A DNA stretch of 64,000 nucleotides, taken from positions 677 to 64,676 of the forward strand of contig CAKOPW010000009.1 in the NCBI GenBank assembly GCA_934101115.1. The letters run 5' to 3'. Positions 53,772-63,990 of this stretch are shown piece after piece. Position numbers and translations under genes: made by a program. Each line of letters opens with the position of its first letter. Positions within the stretch are counted from its first letter, which is position 1. The stretch is from an uncultured Bacilli bacterium (GTDB taxonomy: Bacteria > Bacillota_I > Bacilli_A > RF39 > UBA660). Below the pieces are notes generated by a model that made no database searches, was not told the origin of the DNA, and worked only from the letters and a program-made list of their open reading frames with translations.

Positions 53772-54986
53772 ATGAAAAAAGATAATAATTTAAAAAATAT
53801 ATTGTTATTAGTAGCTATAGTTGTTGCTGTAGTTTTAATTCTAATATTTTTACCGAATACACCAATTTGGAATATAGTTGTATTATTACTCATTTTAAGT
53901 GTATTAATTTTTGTTCATGAAGGAGGACACTTCTTAGTAGCAAAAAAATGTGGTGTACATGTTTATGAATTTGCTTTGGGAATGGGACCTAAAATCCTTA
54001 CATTTAAAAGAAAAAATGATCCAACTGAATATACTTTAAGAGCTTTTCCAATTGGAGGATTTTGTGCAATGGCTGGTGAAGAAGGAGAAGATGATGCAGA
54101 TCTTCCTAAAGATAAATTTATGTGCAATAAATCAAAAACAAAGAGAATTTTGATTTTAGTTGCTGGTGTAACAATGAATTTTATTACAGCGATTCTTTTA
54201 CTTTTCATGATTGGACTTTTCTATGGAAGTACTGAACAATCTAGTATTATTGGGAGTGTTCAAAGTGGAAGTCCAGCAGAAACTGCCGGATTAAAAGCGA
54301 ATGATGAAATAATCGGCTGCAATGGATATAAAGTTAATACTTGGGATAAACTCACGATTGTAACAAATTTAAAAAATAAGAATGATTATTATACATACAA
54401 AATAAAACATGACGATGGAAGTGTCGATGAATATAAAATAGTTCCTGATAAATATGTTGTTTTTGATGATAAAACAATAAAGCTTGATGATTCAACAACT
54501 CTTGAGAGTGTCTTAAAAGAATATGGTAAAACTGAAAAAGAGGTTACAGTAACTAAGTTAGTTGGAATATCTGCACCAAGTGAAATTCATAAAGGATTTG
54601 GATATGCGATAAAATATGCATTTTCTAAATTTGGCAGTATAGTTTCAACTATGCTTCTAATAATTGGATCGTTATTTACTGGTAAACTTGGGTTATCCGC
54701 TTTATCTGGCCCTGTTGGAATGTATTCAGTTGTTGGAACAGTTGCTCAAGCTGGATTTGCTAATTTAATATATTTAATGGCTTATTTGTCTATTAATTTA
54801 GGAGTTTTAAATATTTTACCTTTTCCAGCGTTTGATGGAGGAAGAGTATTATTCGTTTTAATAGAAGCAATTACTAGAAAAAAAGTTGATCCAAAAGTAG
54901 AAGGTTATTTCCATTCGGTTGGATTTATACTTATAATGATATTGATGTTATATATAACTTTTCAAGATGTACTTAGATTATTCTAA
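53772..54986 (+). CDS. rseP: RIP metalloprotease RseP/RasP (site-2 protease, M50)
   Basis: HEGGHFLVAK (HExxH), a PDZ segment (GSPAETAGLKANDEII), and NILPFPAFDGG. Confidence 0.88.
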   Translation: MKKDNNLKNILLLVAIVVAVVLILIFLPNTPIWNIVVLLLILSVLIFVHEGGHFLVAKKCGVHVYEFALGMGPKILTFKRKNDPTEYTLRAFPIGGFCAMAGEEGEDDADLPKDKFMCNKSKTKRILILVAGVTMNFITAILLLFMIGLFYGSTEQSSIIGSVQSGSPAETAGLKANDEIIGCNGYKVNTWDKLTIVTNLKNKNDYYTYKIKHDDGSVDEYKIVPDKYVVFDDKTIKLDDSTTLESVLKEYGKTEKEVTVTKLVGISAPSEIHKGFGYAIKYAFSKFGSIVSTMLLIIGSLFTGKLGLSALSGPVGMYSVVGTVAQAGFANLIYLMAYLSINLGVLNILPFPAFDGGRVLFVLIEAITRKKVDPKVEGYFHSVGFILIMILMLYITFQDVLRLF

Positions 54987-55054
54987 TGCATCTTTTTTCT
55001 TGTTTAACTTCTTTTTATGTGATAATATTGATATTGTAGAATAGAGGGAGTTAA

Positions 55055-55693
55055 ATGAACGCTTTTGACGAATTTATAATGAGTGATGCTTTTTTTCCTG
55101 TTATAGTAGTTTTATTGGTGTTGTTAGTAGCAGTATTTATTATAATAACAATTAATAACAAGAAAAAATATGGGCCATTTAAAAATATAAAAAATATTGA
55201 AAAACCGGAAATTGATTATTCAAGTGAAATTCATATTGTTGATGATTTAAGTCCAGCAGAAGAAATAAGTGATGACGAATTTGATACAATTTTAAATACA
55301 GTCGTGTCTTCTGAAGAAGCTGTTGAAAAGAACAGTAATGCAACTAAATCAGAAAATATAATTGTTGAAGAACCTAAAATTGAGACTCAACCAACAGAAA
55401 ATGAATATAAAGATTTAAATGATCTAAATAAAATGGCTTGGACTGCCTTTGATAATATACAAACTGAAGAATTTCCAGAAAAAACTGAACAAAAAAATAT
55501 TGAAGTTTCAAACAAAGTAGATACTAATTCCCAAGATAATGATAAATTTATGGCTGATGTTCATGAATTTCCGGATTTCTCGACAATTGAGAAAATTGAT
55601 AAAAAAGAAGAACATAAAAGTAGCAGAATAGAAGAAGATGTACTAGATGCAGCTAATAAATATATTGAATCTATAATGTCAAACAATAAGTAG
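55055..55693 (+). CDS. hypothetical membrane-anchored acidic protein
   Basis: One N-terminal TM helix, then a Glu/Asp-rich low-complexity region. No family recognised. Confidence 0.45.
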   Translation: MNAFDEFIMSDAFFPVIVVLLVLLVAVFIIITINNKKKYGPFKNIKNIEKPEIDYSSEIHIVDDLSPAEEISDDEFDTILNTVVSSEEAVEKNSNATKSENIIVEEPKIETQPTENEYKDLNDLNKMAWTAFDNIQTEEFPEKTEQKNIEVSNKVDTNSQDNDKFMADVHEFPDFSTIEKIDKKEEHKSSRIEEDVLDAANKYIESIMSNNK

Positions 55694-55700
55694 GTGGAGT

Positions 55701-55829
55701 ATGAAAACTGATTTTGAAAATGTTTATTTGGAGTACGTACAAGATACAACTGACAAACTCTTAAAAGATAAAATGACTAAAGAGGAATTGTTAAAGAAAC
55801 TCGATGAAACTCAAAAAATAAACTTGTAA
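55701..55829 (+). CDS. possible small protein (42 aa)
   Basis: Below the ORF-track cutoff. ATG 55701 lies 5 nt after RBS ggtggag. It reads MKTDFENVYLEYVQDTTDKLLKDKMTKEELLKKLDETQKINL and is followed by hairpin aagaca/tgtctt plus a T-run (about 55862-55888). Confidence 0.3.
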   Translation: MKTDFENVYLEYVQDTTDKLLKDKMTKEELLKKLDETQKINL

Positions 55830-55922
55830 CATTATTGTAAAATAATCTAAGTTTACGTTTATAAGACACATTTGGTTGTCTTTTTTTTTAATTTATGTTA
55901 AATTTTATTAAGGTGATGCTTT

Positions 55923-57839
55923 ATGGCAGGAGCAAAGAAGTATGATGCTTCATCAATTAAAATTTTGGAAGGATTAGAGGCTGTAAGAAAGAGACCAGGT
56001 ATGTATATTGGTTCAACTGATAAACGTGGGCTTCATCATTTGGTTTGGGAAATAGTTGATAATTCTATCGATGAAATAATAAATGGTTATGGTGATATGG
56101 TCAAAATTCGACTTAATGGTGATGGCTCAATTACCATAGCTGATAATGGACGTGGAGTTCCAATTGGAATGCATGAAAGTGGAAAGTCTACTCCAGAAGT
56201 TATTTATACTGTATTACATGCTGGTGGTAAATTTGAAGAAGGAAACTATAAGGTTTCTGGAGGATTACATGGTGTAGGTGCTAGTGTAGTAAATGCTTTA
56301 TCTTCATGGATGGATGTTACTATTTATACTGATGGACAAATTTCTAATATCCGTTTTAAAAATGGTGGAGAGGTTTCAAGTCCATTAAAAAAAATCGGTG
56401 AATCCAAGAAAACAGGAACTTGTGTTACTTTTATGCCTGATTATGAAATTTTTAAAAACTGTCAATTTTCTTTTTCTACTATTTGTGAAAGGATGCAAGA
56501 AAGCGCTTTCTTGTTACCAAGATTAACTGTAGAACTTGAAAACGCTATTGATAATAAAAAAGTAACTTATCATTATGAAAAAGGAATAGTATCTTTTGTT
56601 GAATATATGAATGAAGACAAAAAAACTATAAATAGTATTGTTCCAATACATGGTGTAAAAAATCACATAGAAGTGGATATTGCTCTTCAATATACCGATT
56701 CTTATAATGAACAAATAGTATCTTTTGTAAATAATGTTAAAACAAGTGATGGTGGATCTCATGAAGTTGGGTTTAAAACTGGACTTACAAAGGTTTTCAA
56801 TGATTATGCAAGAGCTAATGGAATTTTAAAAAACAAGGATTCCAACTTTGATGGAAGTGATGCACGAGAAGGATTAACTGCAGTTATAAATCTAAAAATA
56901 CCTGAAGATTTACTTCAATTTGAAGGGCAAACTAAAGGAAAACTTGGAACACCAGAAGCCAGACCTGCTGTTGAACAAATTGTATATGATACTTTAAAAT
57001 TTTATCTTGAAGAAAATAAAAGCGAAGCAACAATTATTTTAGATAAGATGAGTAAGAGCAAATTTGCTCGTGAAGCTGCAAGAAAAGCAAGAGAAGAAGC
57101 AAGAGCTGGTAAAAGCAAAAGAGATGAGAAGAGAAGTTTATCTGATAAGTTAACTCCTCCTCAAACTCGTAATCCAAAAATCAATGAATTATTTATTGTT
57201 GAAGGTCAATCCGCAGGAGGGACTGCTAAAAAAAGTCGTGATAGAAAGTTTCAGGGAGTTTTGCCTTTGAGAGGTAAAGTTTTAAATACTGAAAAAGCGA
57301 GTGTAGCTGATGCTTTTAAAAATGAGGAAATAAATACTTTAATACATTGCATAGGAGCTGGATGTGGAGCTGAATTTGATGTAAAAGACGTCAATTATGA
57401 TAAAGTAATTATCATGACCGATGCTGATGATGATGGAGCACATATTCAATGTTTGCTTTTAACTTTCTTTTATCGTTTTATGAGACCATTAATTGAGGAA
57501 GGACATCTTTATATTGCAATGCCACCTTTATTTAAGGTTGATGAAGGCAAGAAAGAAACATATTTTTATACTAATGAAGAATTTAAAGATTATGTAAGAG
57601 ATAAGGATAATTCAACATATCGAGTACAAAGATATAAAGGATTAGGTGAAATGGATGCTGAAAATTTAAATGTAACAACTATGAATCCTAAAACAAGAAA
57701 TTTAATTAAAGTAAGCATAAGTGATGCAGCAATGGCTGAAAAAAGAGTATCTGTCTTAATGGGCGATTCAGTAGAACCAAGAAAAGAATGGATTAATGAA
57801 AATGTTGATTTCTCATTAGAGGACGATTTTAAAATATAG
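55923..57839 (+). CDS. parE: type IIA topoisomerase subunit B, most like ParE (topoisomerase IV)
   Basis: LEGLEAVRKRPGMYIGS, HHLVWEIVDNSIDE, GKSTPEVI..VLHAGGKF, EGQSAGG (Toprim) and IMTDADDDGAHI motifs. The GKSTPEV and FKNGG segments look closer to B. subtilis ParE than to GyrB. Confidence 0.75.
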   Translation: MAGAKKYDASSIKILEGLEAVRKRPGMYIGSTDKRGLHHLVWEIVDNSIDEIINGYGDMVKIRLNGDGSITIADNGRGVPIGMHESGKSTPEVIYTVLHAGGKFEEGNYKVSGGLHGVGASVVNALSSWMDVTIYTDGQISNIRFKNGGEVSSPLKKIGESKKTGTCVTFMPDYEIFKNCQFSFSTICERMQESAFLLPRLTVELENAIDNKKVTYHYEKGIVSFVEYMNEDKKTINSIVPIHGVKNHIEVDIALQYTDSYNEQIVSFVNNVKTSDGGSHEVGFKTGLTKVFNDYARANGILKNKDSNFDGSDAREGLTAVINLKIPEDLLQFEGQTKGKLGTPEARPAVEQIVYDTLKFYLEENKSEATIILDKMSKSKFAREAARKAREEARAGKSKRDEKRSLSDKLTPPQTRNPKINELFIVEGQSAGGTAKKSRDRKFQGVLPLRGKVLNTEKASVADAFKNEEINTLIHCIGAGCGAEFDVKDVNYDKVIIMTDADDDGAHIQCLLLTFFYRFMRPLIEEGHLYIAMPPLFKVDEGKKETYFYTNEEFKDYVRDKDNSTYRVQRYKGLGEMDAENLNVTTMNPKTRNLIKVSISDAAMAEKRVSVLMGDSVEPRKEWINENVDFSLEDDFKI

Positions 57840-57928
57840 AAAATTCAAGAAGTTATTTCTTGTTTTTTTATTATAGACAAAATAATATATTTGGTATTAT
57901 AATACATTTTTGTTTGGGGGAATTATTT

Positions 57929-58756
57929 ATGATTTTATATCACGCTTTAACTGATTATGATCAATTTATTGATGCAGAAAAAGATGGATTAATATCTAAA
58001 TACATTATAGAAGAAATAATAAAAAGAGAGTATCTTGATGGAACAAGCAAAAAAATAGGGTTGCTTAAAAAAGATGAACTTGAAGATATAATTATGGAAA
58101 GTATGCCTGAAATAAGAAAGTTGGTACAAAGTTATCAAGAAGAAGTTTGGACTTATTGGGATTTATTAATGTCCGAATCTAAGTTATTTGGCGATGAAGC
58201 AGCTTCTCATATTAGTCTTATCGCTAATGGTGCCATTGATAAGCGAGATAAATTACATAAAAATTGGATCGGTTTATCAAAGAACCCATTAGGCGAAAAA
58301 GAAGCTTATGATGAACAAGAAGACTGCAAAGTTATCTGTGTTGATACTGGAAATGGTGTTAAAAATTTAGAAATATATTCTAGAACTTTTTCTATATCTA
58401 TAGAAGATAGAGTTATGTACTATACAGCTGTTCCATCTTATAAAATAGCAGCTACTCTTAATGCATGCGAGTATGAAAGGGTAATCTATGGCATTTCAAC
58501 AATAGATGAGATATTAACTAATAATAAAACACGCTTAGAGCAAAATGAAAAATATATAAGTGATTTAATGAGTATGTATAAAAATGGAGAGTTTGAGCAA
58601 TTTTTGATACAAGAACATTTAGAAAAAAACAGATCATTAAAAGATATTTCAAGTGATGATATAGATCATAGTAATGTAAATCTGTCGTGGTTTATAAATG
58701 ATTCTTGGGATAAGGTGATAAAAACATATAAAAAGAAAAAAGGACTTCGTGATTAA
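57929..58756 (+). CDS. hypothetical protein (275 aa)
   Basis: ATG 57929 lies behind tggggga and is followed by hairpin acttcgt/acgaagt plus a T-run. No family recognised. Confidence 0.45.
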   Translation: MILYHALTDYDQFIDAEKDGLISKYIIEEIIKREYLDGTSKKIGLLKKDELEDIIMESMPEIRKLVQSYQEEVWTYWDLLMSESKLFGDEAASHISLIANGAIDKRDKLHKNWIGLSKNPLGEKEAYDEQEDCKVICVDTGNGVKNLEIYSRTFSISIEDRVMYYTAVPSYKIAATLNACEYERVIYGISTIDEILTNNKTRLEQNEKYISDLMSMYKNGEFEQFLIQEHLEKNRSLKDISSDDIDHSNVNLSWFINDSWDKVIKTYKKKKGLRD

Positions 58757-58826
58757 TACGAAGTTTTTTTATTATATTGATTAGCATAAATTAATATGAT
58801 AAAATTTATATGTTAGAGGTGAAGTT

Positions 58827-59069
58827 ATGGATAAGACAACTCTATTTGAAATTGAAGATATAACTAATGCGTTAATTGAAACTACTTTAGACGAGATTTA
58901 TGATGCGTTAAAAGAAAAGGGATATAATCCAATTAGTCAAATTGTAGGTTATTTAGTATCTGGAGATCCTGGTTATATAACTAATTATAAAAATGCTCGT
59001 GATAAAATGCTTGGTCTTGATAGAAATAAAGTCTTAGAACTTATGGTTAGGAATTATTTAGAAAACTAA
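58827..59069 (+). CDS. IreB/UPF0297-family regulatory protein (YrzL-like)
   Basis: YDALKEKGYNPISQIVGYLVSGDPGYITNYKNAR matches the YrzL core. Confidence 0.75.
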   Translation: MDKTTLFEIEDITNALIETTLDEIYDALKEKGYNPISQIVGYLVSGDPGYITNYKNARDKMLGLDRNKVLELMVRNYLEN

Positions 59070-59497
59070 TGAAAGCTCTTGGAATGGATTTAGGCACGAA
59101 GACATTGGGCCTTGCTGTGTCTGATAGATTAGGAATAATATCAAATCCTTATAAGACTTTAAGATATAATGATATTGACGATTTAGTAAATGAAGTTTTG
59201 AATTTAATTGATGAATTACATATTGAAGTTCTAGTACTTGGTTATCCTAAAAATATGAATAATACTTTGGGTGAAGCGATTGAAAGAACTAATGTATTTA
59301 AAGAAAAATTAGAGGAAAAGACGAATATGCCTATAAATCTAGTTGATGAAAGGTTAAGTACGGTTGAAGCAGAAAAGTATCTTATTGGGGCTGATATGAG
59401 CAGAAAAAATAGAAAAGAAGTTATAGATTCAGTGGCAGCAAGTATTATTTTGGATACTTATTTAAAAAGAATAGGAAGTGGAACTGATGTTAGATAA
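59069..59497 (+). CDS. ruvX: Holliday junction resolvase-like nuclease RuvX (YrrK)
   Basis: GMDLGTKTLGLAVSD and VDERLSTVEAE motifs. Confidence 0.88.
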   Translation: MKALGMDLGTKTLGLAVSDRLGIISNPYKTLRYNDIDDLVNEVLNLIDELHIEVLVLGYPKNMNNTLGEAIERTNVFKEKLEEKTNMPINLVDERLSTVEAEKYLIGADMSRKNRKEVIDSVAASIILDTYLKRIGSGTDVR

Positions 59498-59789
59498 TGG
59501 AAAAATTGTAATAAAAAATGATAAAGGTGAAGAGTTAGTATGTGATGTTTTATTTACATTTGATTCTGATGAAACTGGAAAAAGCTATATTGCATATACC
59601 GATAACACAACTGATGAAGCAGGTAATACTAAAGTTTATGCAAATACTTATGATAAAACAGGTGAAGATTTAAATTTGACACCTTTAACAACTGATAAAG
59701 AATGGAAAATAATAGATAACATACTTTCAAGTGTAATTGATATGGTTAAAGAACAAACTGATACAACAGCTGGTGGTAAGAATGAATAG
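59487..59789 (+). CDS. DUF1292-family protein (YrzB-like)
   Basis: DKGEELVCDVLFTFDSDETGKSYIAYTD pattern, in the conserved position after ruvX. Confidence 0.7.
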   Translation: MLDNGKIVIKNDKGEELVCDVLFTFDSDETGKSYIAYTDNTTDEAGNTKVYANTYDKTGEDLNLTPLTTDKEWKIIDNILSSVIDMVKEQTDTTAGGKNE

Positions 59790-60870
59790 TGACGTTGATA
59801 AAGTTAGCAAGAAAATAAAAAAAGTGGTGCTTATTCTCTTTATTGTTTTCTTTGCTGGTTTAGTTGTTATTGGTGGGGTATCTTTTTTTATGATGTTGCC
59901 TGTTAATCCTTCAAATAACGATGAAGTTATGTTTAATGTTGAAAGTGGGACAAGCAAAAATCAAATCATAGTTAATTTAAAAAAAGAAGGTTTGATTAAA
60001 AATGTAAACTTCACAAAAATTCTTGTTAAAATTAGTTATCAAAATGGATTTTTGGCTGGAAATTATAAGTTGAGTAAAAGCATGTCTCTTGCGGAAATAT
60101 TAGAAAATTTAACTAATGGCACTAATATTGAAAAAAATGAAATTGCAATTACTTTTATTGAAGGAAAACGTTTTACAGAATATGCTGATGTTCTTGCAAA
60201 CAATTTAACATTCACTAAAGAAGACGTGATAAGTACTTGTAAAGATAAAGAATATTTAAATACTTTAATTGAAAAATATTGGTTTATAACTGATGATATT
60301 TTAAAAGATGGTGTATATTATCCTTTGGAAGGATACTTATTTCCTGATACATATTTTATAAAAAAAGATGCCACTGTTAAAGAAGCAATTGAAGTCCTTT
60401 TAAATGGTATGAATACTAAATTAAGTCCTTATAAGGAATATATTGAAACTAATAACTTAAATATTACTAGTTTACTTACTCTTGCGAGTGTGATAGAATT
60501 AGAAGCGTCTAGCGAAAGCGATAGGAAAGAAATATCAGGTGTATTTCAAAATAGAATAAAAAATAATATGTCTATTGGAAGTGATGTCACAACATATTAT
60601 GCAGTAAAGAAAGAACTTGGTTCTGCTATACTACAAAGTGATATTAATTCATGCAATGCATATAATACTAGGGGAACTTGTACTACAGGAATCCCAATTG
60701 GACCAATTTGTAGCCCATCAATTGTTTCAATTGATGCAGCAATAAATCCTAATACCAATGATTATTTCTATTTTGTTGCTGATGCTACCGGCAAAGTATA
60801 TTTTAGTAAGACAGCTTCAGAACATGCAAATGTTGTTGCTGATCTTAAAAGCAAAGGCCTTTGGTCTTAA
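59782..60870 (+). CDS. mltG: endolytic peptidoglycan transglycosylase MltG (YceG-like)
   Basis: N-terminal TM, LEGYLFPDTY, ASVIELEA and YNTRG..G.P.GPI motifs. Confidence 0.88.
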   Translation: MNSDVDKVSKKIKKVVLILFIVFFAGLVVIGGVSFFMMLPVNPSNNDEVMFNVESGTSKNQIIVNLKKEGLIKNVNFTKILVKISYQNGFLAGNYKLSKSMSLAEILENLTNGTNIEKNEIAITFIEGKRFTEYADVLANNLTFTKEDVISTCKDKEYLNTLIEKYWFITDDILKDGVYYPLEGYLFPDTYFIKKDATVKEAIEVLLNGMNTKLSPYKEYIETNNLNITSLLTLASVIELEASSESDRKEISGVFQNRIKNNMSIGSDVTTYYAVKKELGSAILQSDINSCNAYNTRGTCTTGIPIGPICSPSIVSIDAAINPNTNDYFYFVADATGKVYFSKTASEHANVVADLKSKGLWS

Positions 60871-60885
60871 AGAGGAGAAGTAAAA

Positions 60886-61497
60886 ATGAATGATGTTATA
60901 AAGGAAATGGAAAGGTATGCTGAGGCAAACAATGTGCCTATAATTGAGCATGATTCCATAAAATTTATACAAAAATATATTAAACTTAATAATGTTAAGA
61001 AAATTCTTGAATTAGGAACTGCTATTGGTTATTCGGCAATCCTTATGGCAAGTGTTGATGATGATGTGGAAGTTACTACTATTGAAAGAGACGATAAACG
61101 TTATAGAGAAGCTGTTAAAAATGTAAATCGTACAGGAATGGATAAAAGAATTGAAATTGTATTTAATGATGCTTTAGATGTTAATTTAGTTGATCATGAA
61201 TATGATTTAATATTTATTGATGCAGCTAAAGGTCAATATATAAAATTCTTTGAAAAGTTTCAAAACTATCTATCTAAGGGTGGTGTAATCATCACTGATA
61301 ACTTAAAATTTCATGGTTTAGTAGCTGATAAAGATAAAATTGAATCAAGAAATGTTTTAGGATTAGTAACTAAAATTGAAAAATATATTGAGTTTTTACG
61401 TACTAATGAAGAGTTTGTCACTAAATTCTACGATATAGGTGACGGATTATCAGTTAGTTTTAGGAAGTCTGATGAAGATGTCAAAAATATTGATTAA
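60886..61497 (+). CDS. class I SAM-dependent O-methyltransferase (YrrM/TrmR-like)
   Basis: ILELGTAIGYSAI and DLIFIDAAK motifs. Lies upstream of the U32 pair, as in B. subtilis yrrM-yrrN-yrrO. Confidence 0.8.
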   Translation: MNDVIKEMERYAEANNVPIIEHDSIKFIQKYIKLNNVKKILELGTAIGYSAILMASVDDDVEVTTIERDDKRYREAVKNVNRTGMDKRIEIVFNDALDVNLVDHEYDLIFIDAAKGQYIKFFEKFQNYLSKGGVIITDNLKFHGLVADKDKIESRNVLGLVTKIEKYIEFLRTNEEFVTKFYDIGDGLSVSFRKSDEDVKNID

Positions 61498-62254
61498 TAT
61501 AAACAATTTAAGTGAAATGGAAGAGTATAAGAAAGTTGGAATCACCAATTTTCTTTTTGCTGTTAAGAATTTTTCTATTGGATATAATTCTTTTGACTTA
61601 TGTGATATTCCAGATGATTCATATGTTTATCTAAATAGAGTTATGGATACAACGGCAATTGATGAGTTAAAAAGTATTAAAGATAAGTTTTTAAGATTTA
61701 AGGGAATCATTTTTGAAGATTTAGGAGTTTTCAATATATTCAAAGATACAAACATTCCTCTTATTTGGAATCAAGCTCATTTTGCGGTGAATTATAATTC
61801 AATTAATTTTCATTTGAAAAATGGATGTACAAGTGCAGTTATTTCAAATGAGATCACGAAAGAAGAAATAGATGAAATAATTAATAATTCTGTTAAACCA
61901 CTTATACTTCCAATATTTGGAAAAAATAATATTATGTATTCAAGAAGAACTTTACTTACAAATTTTAATAAACATGCAGGATTAAGTGATTATAATGATA
62001 TGGTTTTAAATGAAAAAATAACTGGTAATGAATTTTTAGCAAGAGAAAGTGAGTATGGTACATATATATTTAATAATACTTATTTTAATTATGTTTCTTT
62101 GATGCCTAAATATGAAGATAAAGTAATGTTTTTCTTAATATTAAATATTGATTTAAGTGTAAGTGAAATAAAAGATGTAATTGATGGTAAGAATTATGGT
62201 GATGATGGTTTCTTAAATAAAAAAACTGTATTTAAATTGGAGGACTATAAATAA
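61472..62254 (+). CDS. peptidase U32-family protein, short form (YrrN-like)
   Basis: Position and size match yrrN. TIM-barrel-like alternating pattern. Start ATG 61472 or 61478. Confidence 0.65.
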   Translation: MKMSKILININNLSEMEEYKKVGITNFLFAVKNFSIGYNSFDLCDIPDDSYVYLNRVMDTTAIDELKSIKDKFLRFKGIIFEDLGVFNIFKDTNIPLIWNQAHFAVNYNSINFHLKNGCTSAVISNEITKEEIDEIINNSVKPLILPIFGKNNIMYSRRTLLTNFNKHAGLSDYNDMVLNEKITGNEFLARESEYGTYIFNNTYFNYVSLMPKYEDKVMFFLILNIDLSVSEIKDVIDGKNYGDDGFLNKKTVFKLEDYK

Positions 62255-63450
62255 TGGAAAATATTGAATTACTTGCTCCAGCTGGTTCTTTAGAAAAAAT
62301 AAAATATGCTTTTATGTATGGAGCTGATGCTGTATATTTTGGTTATAAAAATTATTCATTAAGAGCTAATGCTAAGAATTTGGATTTAGATGAAATAAAA
62401 ACGGCTGTTGATTATGCGCATTCTTTAGGAAAAAAAGTATATGTTACAGTTAATATAGTGTTTCATAATGAGGATTTTAAAGGTTTAAAAGATTATTTGA
62501 TTTATTTAAGTGAAATTCATGTTGATGCCATAATTACAAGTGATGTAGCCGTTATGAATATGATTCGTGAAAATAACATAGATTTATGTATACATGTATC
62601 AACTCAAGCATCGATTTTAAATTATGAAGCTGCTTTATTCTATAAAAAATTGGGGGCAACTAGAGTAGTTTTAGCACGTGAAGCAAATAAAGAAGATATA
62701 AAAAGAATAAAAAGTGAAACAAGGTTAGAAATCGAATGCTTTGTTCATGGAGCAATGTGTACAAGTATAAGTGGTAGATGCGTGCTTTCTAATTACTGTA
62801 CCAACAGGGATTCCAACAGAGGTGGATGTGCTCAAATATGTCGTTGGACTTTTGACTATGAAAAGAATGGAGAAAAGGTATGCGAAGAACCATTCTCAAT
62901 GACTCCAAAAGATTTAAATATGGTACCTTTTATTAAAGATATGATTGAGGCAGGAGTTAATTCATTTAAAATTGAGGGAAGAATGCGTAGTATTTATTAT
63001 GTATCTACTGTAATACTTATTTATAGAAGATTAATTGATAAAATTTTAAATAATACTTTAACTCCTGAATATTCAACATATGCTTTAAATATTTTAAATC
63101 GCGTAGCTAATCGTGAATCAACTCCACAATTCTTTGATAAACTTCCTGGAGTTGATGAACAATATTATTTAGGTAGATGTGAATATTCTAATCAAGATTT
63201 CTTGGGATTAATAATAGATTATAAAGATGGAATTGCAACAATTGAGGAAAGAAATTATTTCAAAATAGGTGATGAAGTTCAATTCTTTGGACCATCTACA
63301 GAAACTAAAAACTTTTGTATAGAAGAAATATTAGATGAAGATGGAAAAAATATAGAGGAAGCTAATCATCCTCAAATGATTGTTAAGATTCGAGTGCCAT
63401 TTGAATTAAAAAAATATGATATGATGCGTTTAAAAGTGTTTGACTTTTAG
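62254..63450 (+). CDS. peptidase U32-family protein (YrrO-like)
   Basis: ELLAPAG and the U32 signature ECFVHGAMCTSISGRC. Confidence 0.85.
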   Translation: MENIELLAPAGSLEKIKYAFMYGADAVYFGYKNYSLRANAKNLDLDEIKTAVDYAHSLGKKVYVTVNIVFHNEDFKGLKDYLIYLSEIHVDAIITSDVAVMNMIRENNIDLCIHVSTQASILNYEAALFYKKLGATRVVLAREANKEDIKRIKSETRLEIECFVHGAMCTSISGRCVLSNYCTNRDSNRGGCAQICRWTFDYEKNGEKVCEEPFSMTPKDLNMVPFIKDMIEAGVNSFKIEGRMRSIYYVSTVILIYRRLIDKILNNTLTPEYSTYALNILNRVANRESTPQFFDKLPGVDEQYYLGRCEYSNQDFLGLIIDYKDGIATIEERNYFKIGDEVQFFGPSTETKNFCIEEILDEDGKNIEEANHPQMIVKIRVPFELKKYDMMRLKVFDF

Positions 63451-63519
63451 AACATTATGTAGTAATCTTATGAAAGTAGTTTTGATAAACAAATATTTAT
63501 TAAAGAAGGGTGACTAATT

Positions 63520-63990
63520 ATGTCAGGAAAAAAAGAAATTAAATTAACTGCTAATGGTTATTTAGAAGTTGAAAATGAACTAAATAAATTAAGGGAAGAA
63601 GATAGACCAAGAATTATTCAAGCTATTAAAGAAGCAAGAGCTCAAGGAGATTTATCTGAAAATGCCGACTATGATGCAGCTAGAAATGAACAAGCTCAAG
63701 TAGAAGCAAGAATTAAAGAACTTGAATATATGATTGAACATGCTATTATCATTGAAGATGCTCCAAAAGATATTGTTGGTTTAGGTTCTACTGTTGAAAT
63801 AGAATATGTTGATGATGATGATACTGATGAATATAAAATTGTTGGTTCTCTAGAAGCTGATCCATTTGCTAATAAAATCAGTGATGAATCACCAATTGGT
63901 AAAGCTTTATCTGGTAAAAAGGTTGGAGACATAGTTAAAGTTCCAAGTCCAAATGGAGATTATGATGTTAAAATTGTTAAGATATCTTAA
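63520..63990 (+). CDS. greA: transcription elongation factor GreA
   Basis: N-terminal coiled coil with AR.QGDLSENADYDAAR, and a C-terminal FKBP-like domain (ISDESPIGKAL.GKKVGD). Confidence 0.92.
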   Translation: MSGKKEIKLTANGYLEVENELNKLREEDRPRIIQAIKEARAQGDLSENADYDAARNEQAQVEARIKELEYMIEHAIIIEDAPKDIVGLGSTVEIEYVDDDDTDEYKIVGSLEADPFANKISDESPIGKALSGKKVGDIVKVPSPNGDYDVKIVKIS

